Assembly (NCBI RefSeq): GCF_006345805.1 | Contig: NW_021836769.1 | Coordinates: 1 to 22,853 of the forward strand | Source: Octopus sinensis | Lineage: Eukaryota | DNA length: 22,853 nt | Direction of reading: 5' to 3' | Shown: piece by piece, positions 21,258-22,853 of the stretch | Layout of the letters: each line of letters begins with the position of its first letter | Numbering within the stretch: position 1 is the first letter of the stretch | The notes under the pieces: generated by a model | Databases searched by the model: none | Told to the model about the DNA's origin: nothing | The model's input: only the letters and a program-made list of their open reading frames with translations | Translations under genes and position numbers: made by a program

Positions 21258-22011
21258 AGCAAGCAAGCAGGCATGCATATATACATACATACATATACTA
21301 CTGCTCAATTATTTGAATCGCTAAGGTAATAACTCAATCTGATCGTGCTGGCAGAGCTTAGCTAAACTAAACATGTTATTTCGCAGTGTAAAAGGGATTT
21401 AACTCAATGTAATGTCGATTATAGGAAAGCCGATTGCGTTATCATGAATGAGAAGCAATGTTGAATGTTGATTGTCCTGGTATAGAGTGAAAAGCATAGA
21501 TTTAATTGCAAGGTAAATACTATGAAGTGGGAAATTATGACGAGAATGAAACGCAGCTACAAAAACATGAACTACATAAGCTTGTGTACACTTTCACTCT
21601 TTTTAATTGGACGGTTTAATTAGATAACAGCAATTGTGTTGCTACATAAAACTGCCATCAGCACCTGATTTGAATAACGCTGTCAGAGAAGCGGTAAATC
21701 AGTTAATACGTGATGTAAAAGAATCTTGATTGTGGTTAGTTTTACTCTAGGGCATCAAAAAAAAAAAAAAATGGTGAAATGCGTTGAATTCTACGCCACG
21801 TGATAGTCGAAGTGTTACATGAGACTATTGTATAAATATTTTGCCTGTATACAGAACATCATCTTCGAAAACTGAACAATGTCAAAGGCATTCCGCAGAA
21901 AGCTGTAACATCTGTTTGTTTCTAGTTTGTTATAATCACAAATAATTTTTAGTTTGTCGTATCTGGGGAGAGGCATTTTCTTTTTTGTGCTTTATAATTT
22001 AACACTCACCG

Positions 22012-22853
22012 ATTTCTTTATTACCCACGAGGGGCTAAACACAGAGGGGACAAACAAGGACAGACATAGGTTTAAGTCGATTACATCGACCCCCCATGCG
22101 TAACTGTTGCTTAATTTATCGACCCCGAAAGGATGAAAGGCAAAGTCGACCTCGGCGGAATTTGAACTCACAACGTCACGGCAGACGAAATACCTATTTC
22201 TTTATTACCCACGAGGGGCTAAACACAGAGGGGACAAACAAGGACAGACATAGTATTAAGTCGATTACATCGACCCCCAGTGCGTAACTGGTGCTTAATT
22301 TATCGACCCCGAAAGGATGAAAGGCAAAGTCGACCTCGGCGAATTTGAACTCACAACGTACGGCAGACGAAATACCTATTTTCTTTTTACCCACGAGGGG
22401 CTAAACACAGAGGGGACAAACAAGGACAGACATAGTTTAAGTCGATTACATCGACCCCATGCGTAACTGGTGCTTAATTTATCGACCCCGAAAGGATGAA
22501 AGGCAAAGTCGACCTCGGCGGATTTGAACTCACAACGTAACGGCAGACGAAATACCTATTTCTTTATTACCCACGAGGGGCTAAACCAGAGGACAACAAG
22601 GACAGACATAGGTATTAAGTCGATTACATCGACCCCCATTGCGTAACTGGTGCTTAATTTATCGCCCCCGAAAGGATGAAATGCAAAGTCGACCTCGGCG
22701 GAATTTGACTCACAACGTAACGGCAGACGAAATACCTATTTCTTTATTACCCACGAGGGGCTAAACACAGAGGGGACAAACAAGGACAGACATAGGTATT
22801 AAGTCGATTACATCGACCCCCAGTGCGTAACTGGTGCTTAATTTATCGACCAC
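22012..22853 (-). repeat. Tandem array of ~180-186-bp units derived from the family B SINE (4 complete units + 1 partial; runs off the window)
   Basis: Unit junctions gaaatac|ctattt at 22193, 22375, 22555 and 22735; units nearly identical. Confidence 0.95.

Noticed and set aside
21387-21464. Cys-containing 25-codon stretch CKRDLTQCNVDYRKADCVIMNEKQC* after a tttcgcag acceptor-like site
   Set aside because: Short enough to arise by chance; no known cysteine pattern recognised.
22012-22853. Tandem array as a CRISPR array
   Set aside because: Units are ~184 bp with no unique spacers, match a SINE body, and the context is eukaryotic.

Overview
AT-rich eukaryotic (animal) genomic DNA that is intronic or intergenic and dominated by microsatellites and decayed mobile elements. 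The SINE families and repeat density resemble what I recall of octopus/coleoid cephalopod DNA (inference). Almost all ORFs in the track are translations of (TA)n, (CA)n, (ATT)n or (CTT)n, or antisense reads of repeats, and no intact protein-coding gene is supported. Supported content: (i) at least four tRNA-derived SINE types in about 15 copies; (ii) five 3' remnants of R4/Dong-like non-LTR retrotransposons with a restriction-like endonuclease, sitting in trinucleotide microsatellites; (iii) ~184-bp tandem multimers built from one SINE family at three loci, including a young array at the window end; (iv) a minimal hammerhead-ribozyme motif of the Penelope-like-element type at 21111-21144 (-); (v) a ~286-bp imperfect palindrome (2839-3124) with a degenerate hammerhead-like core in each arm; (vi) a head-to-head inverted short SINE pair; (vii) a Helentron/HINE-like non-autonomous element; (viii) a few low-confidence exon-like islands. 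All alignments were done by eye.
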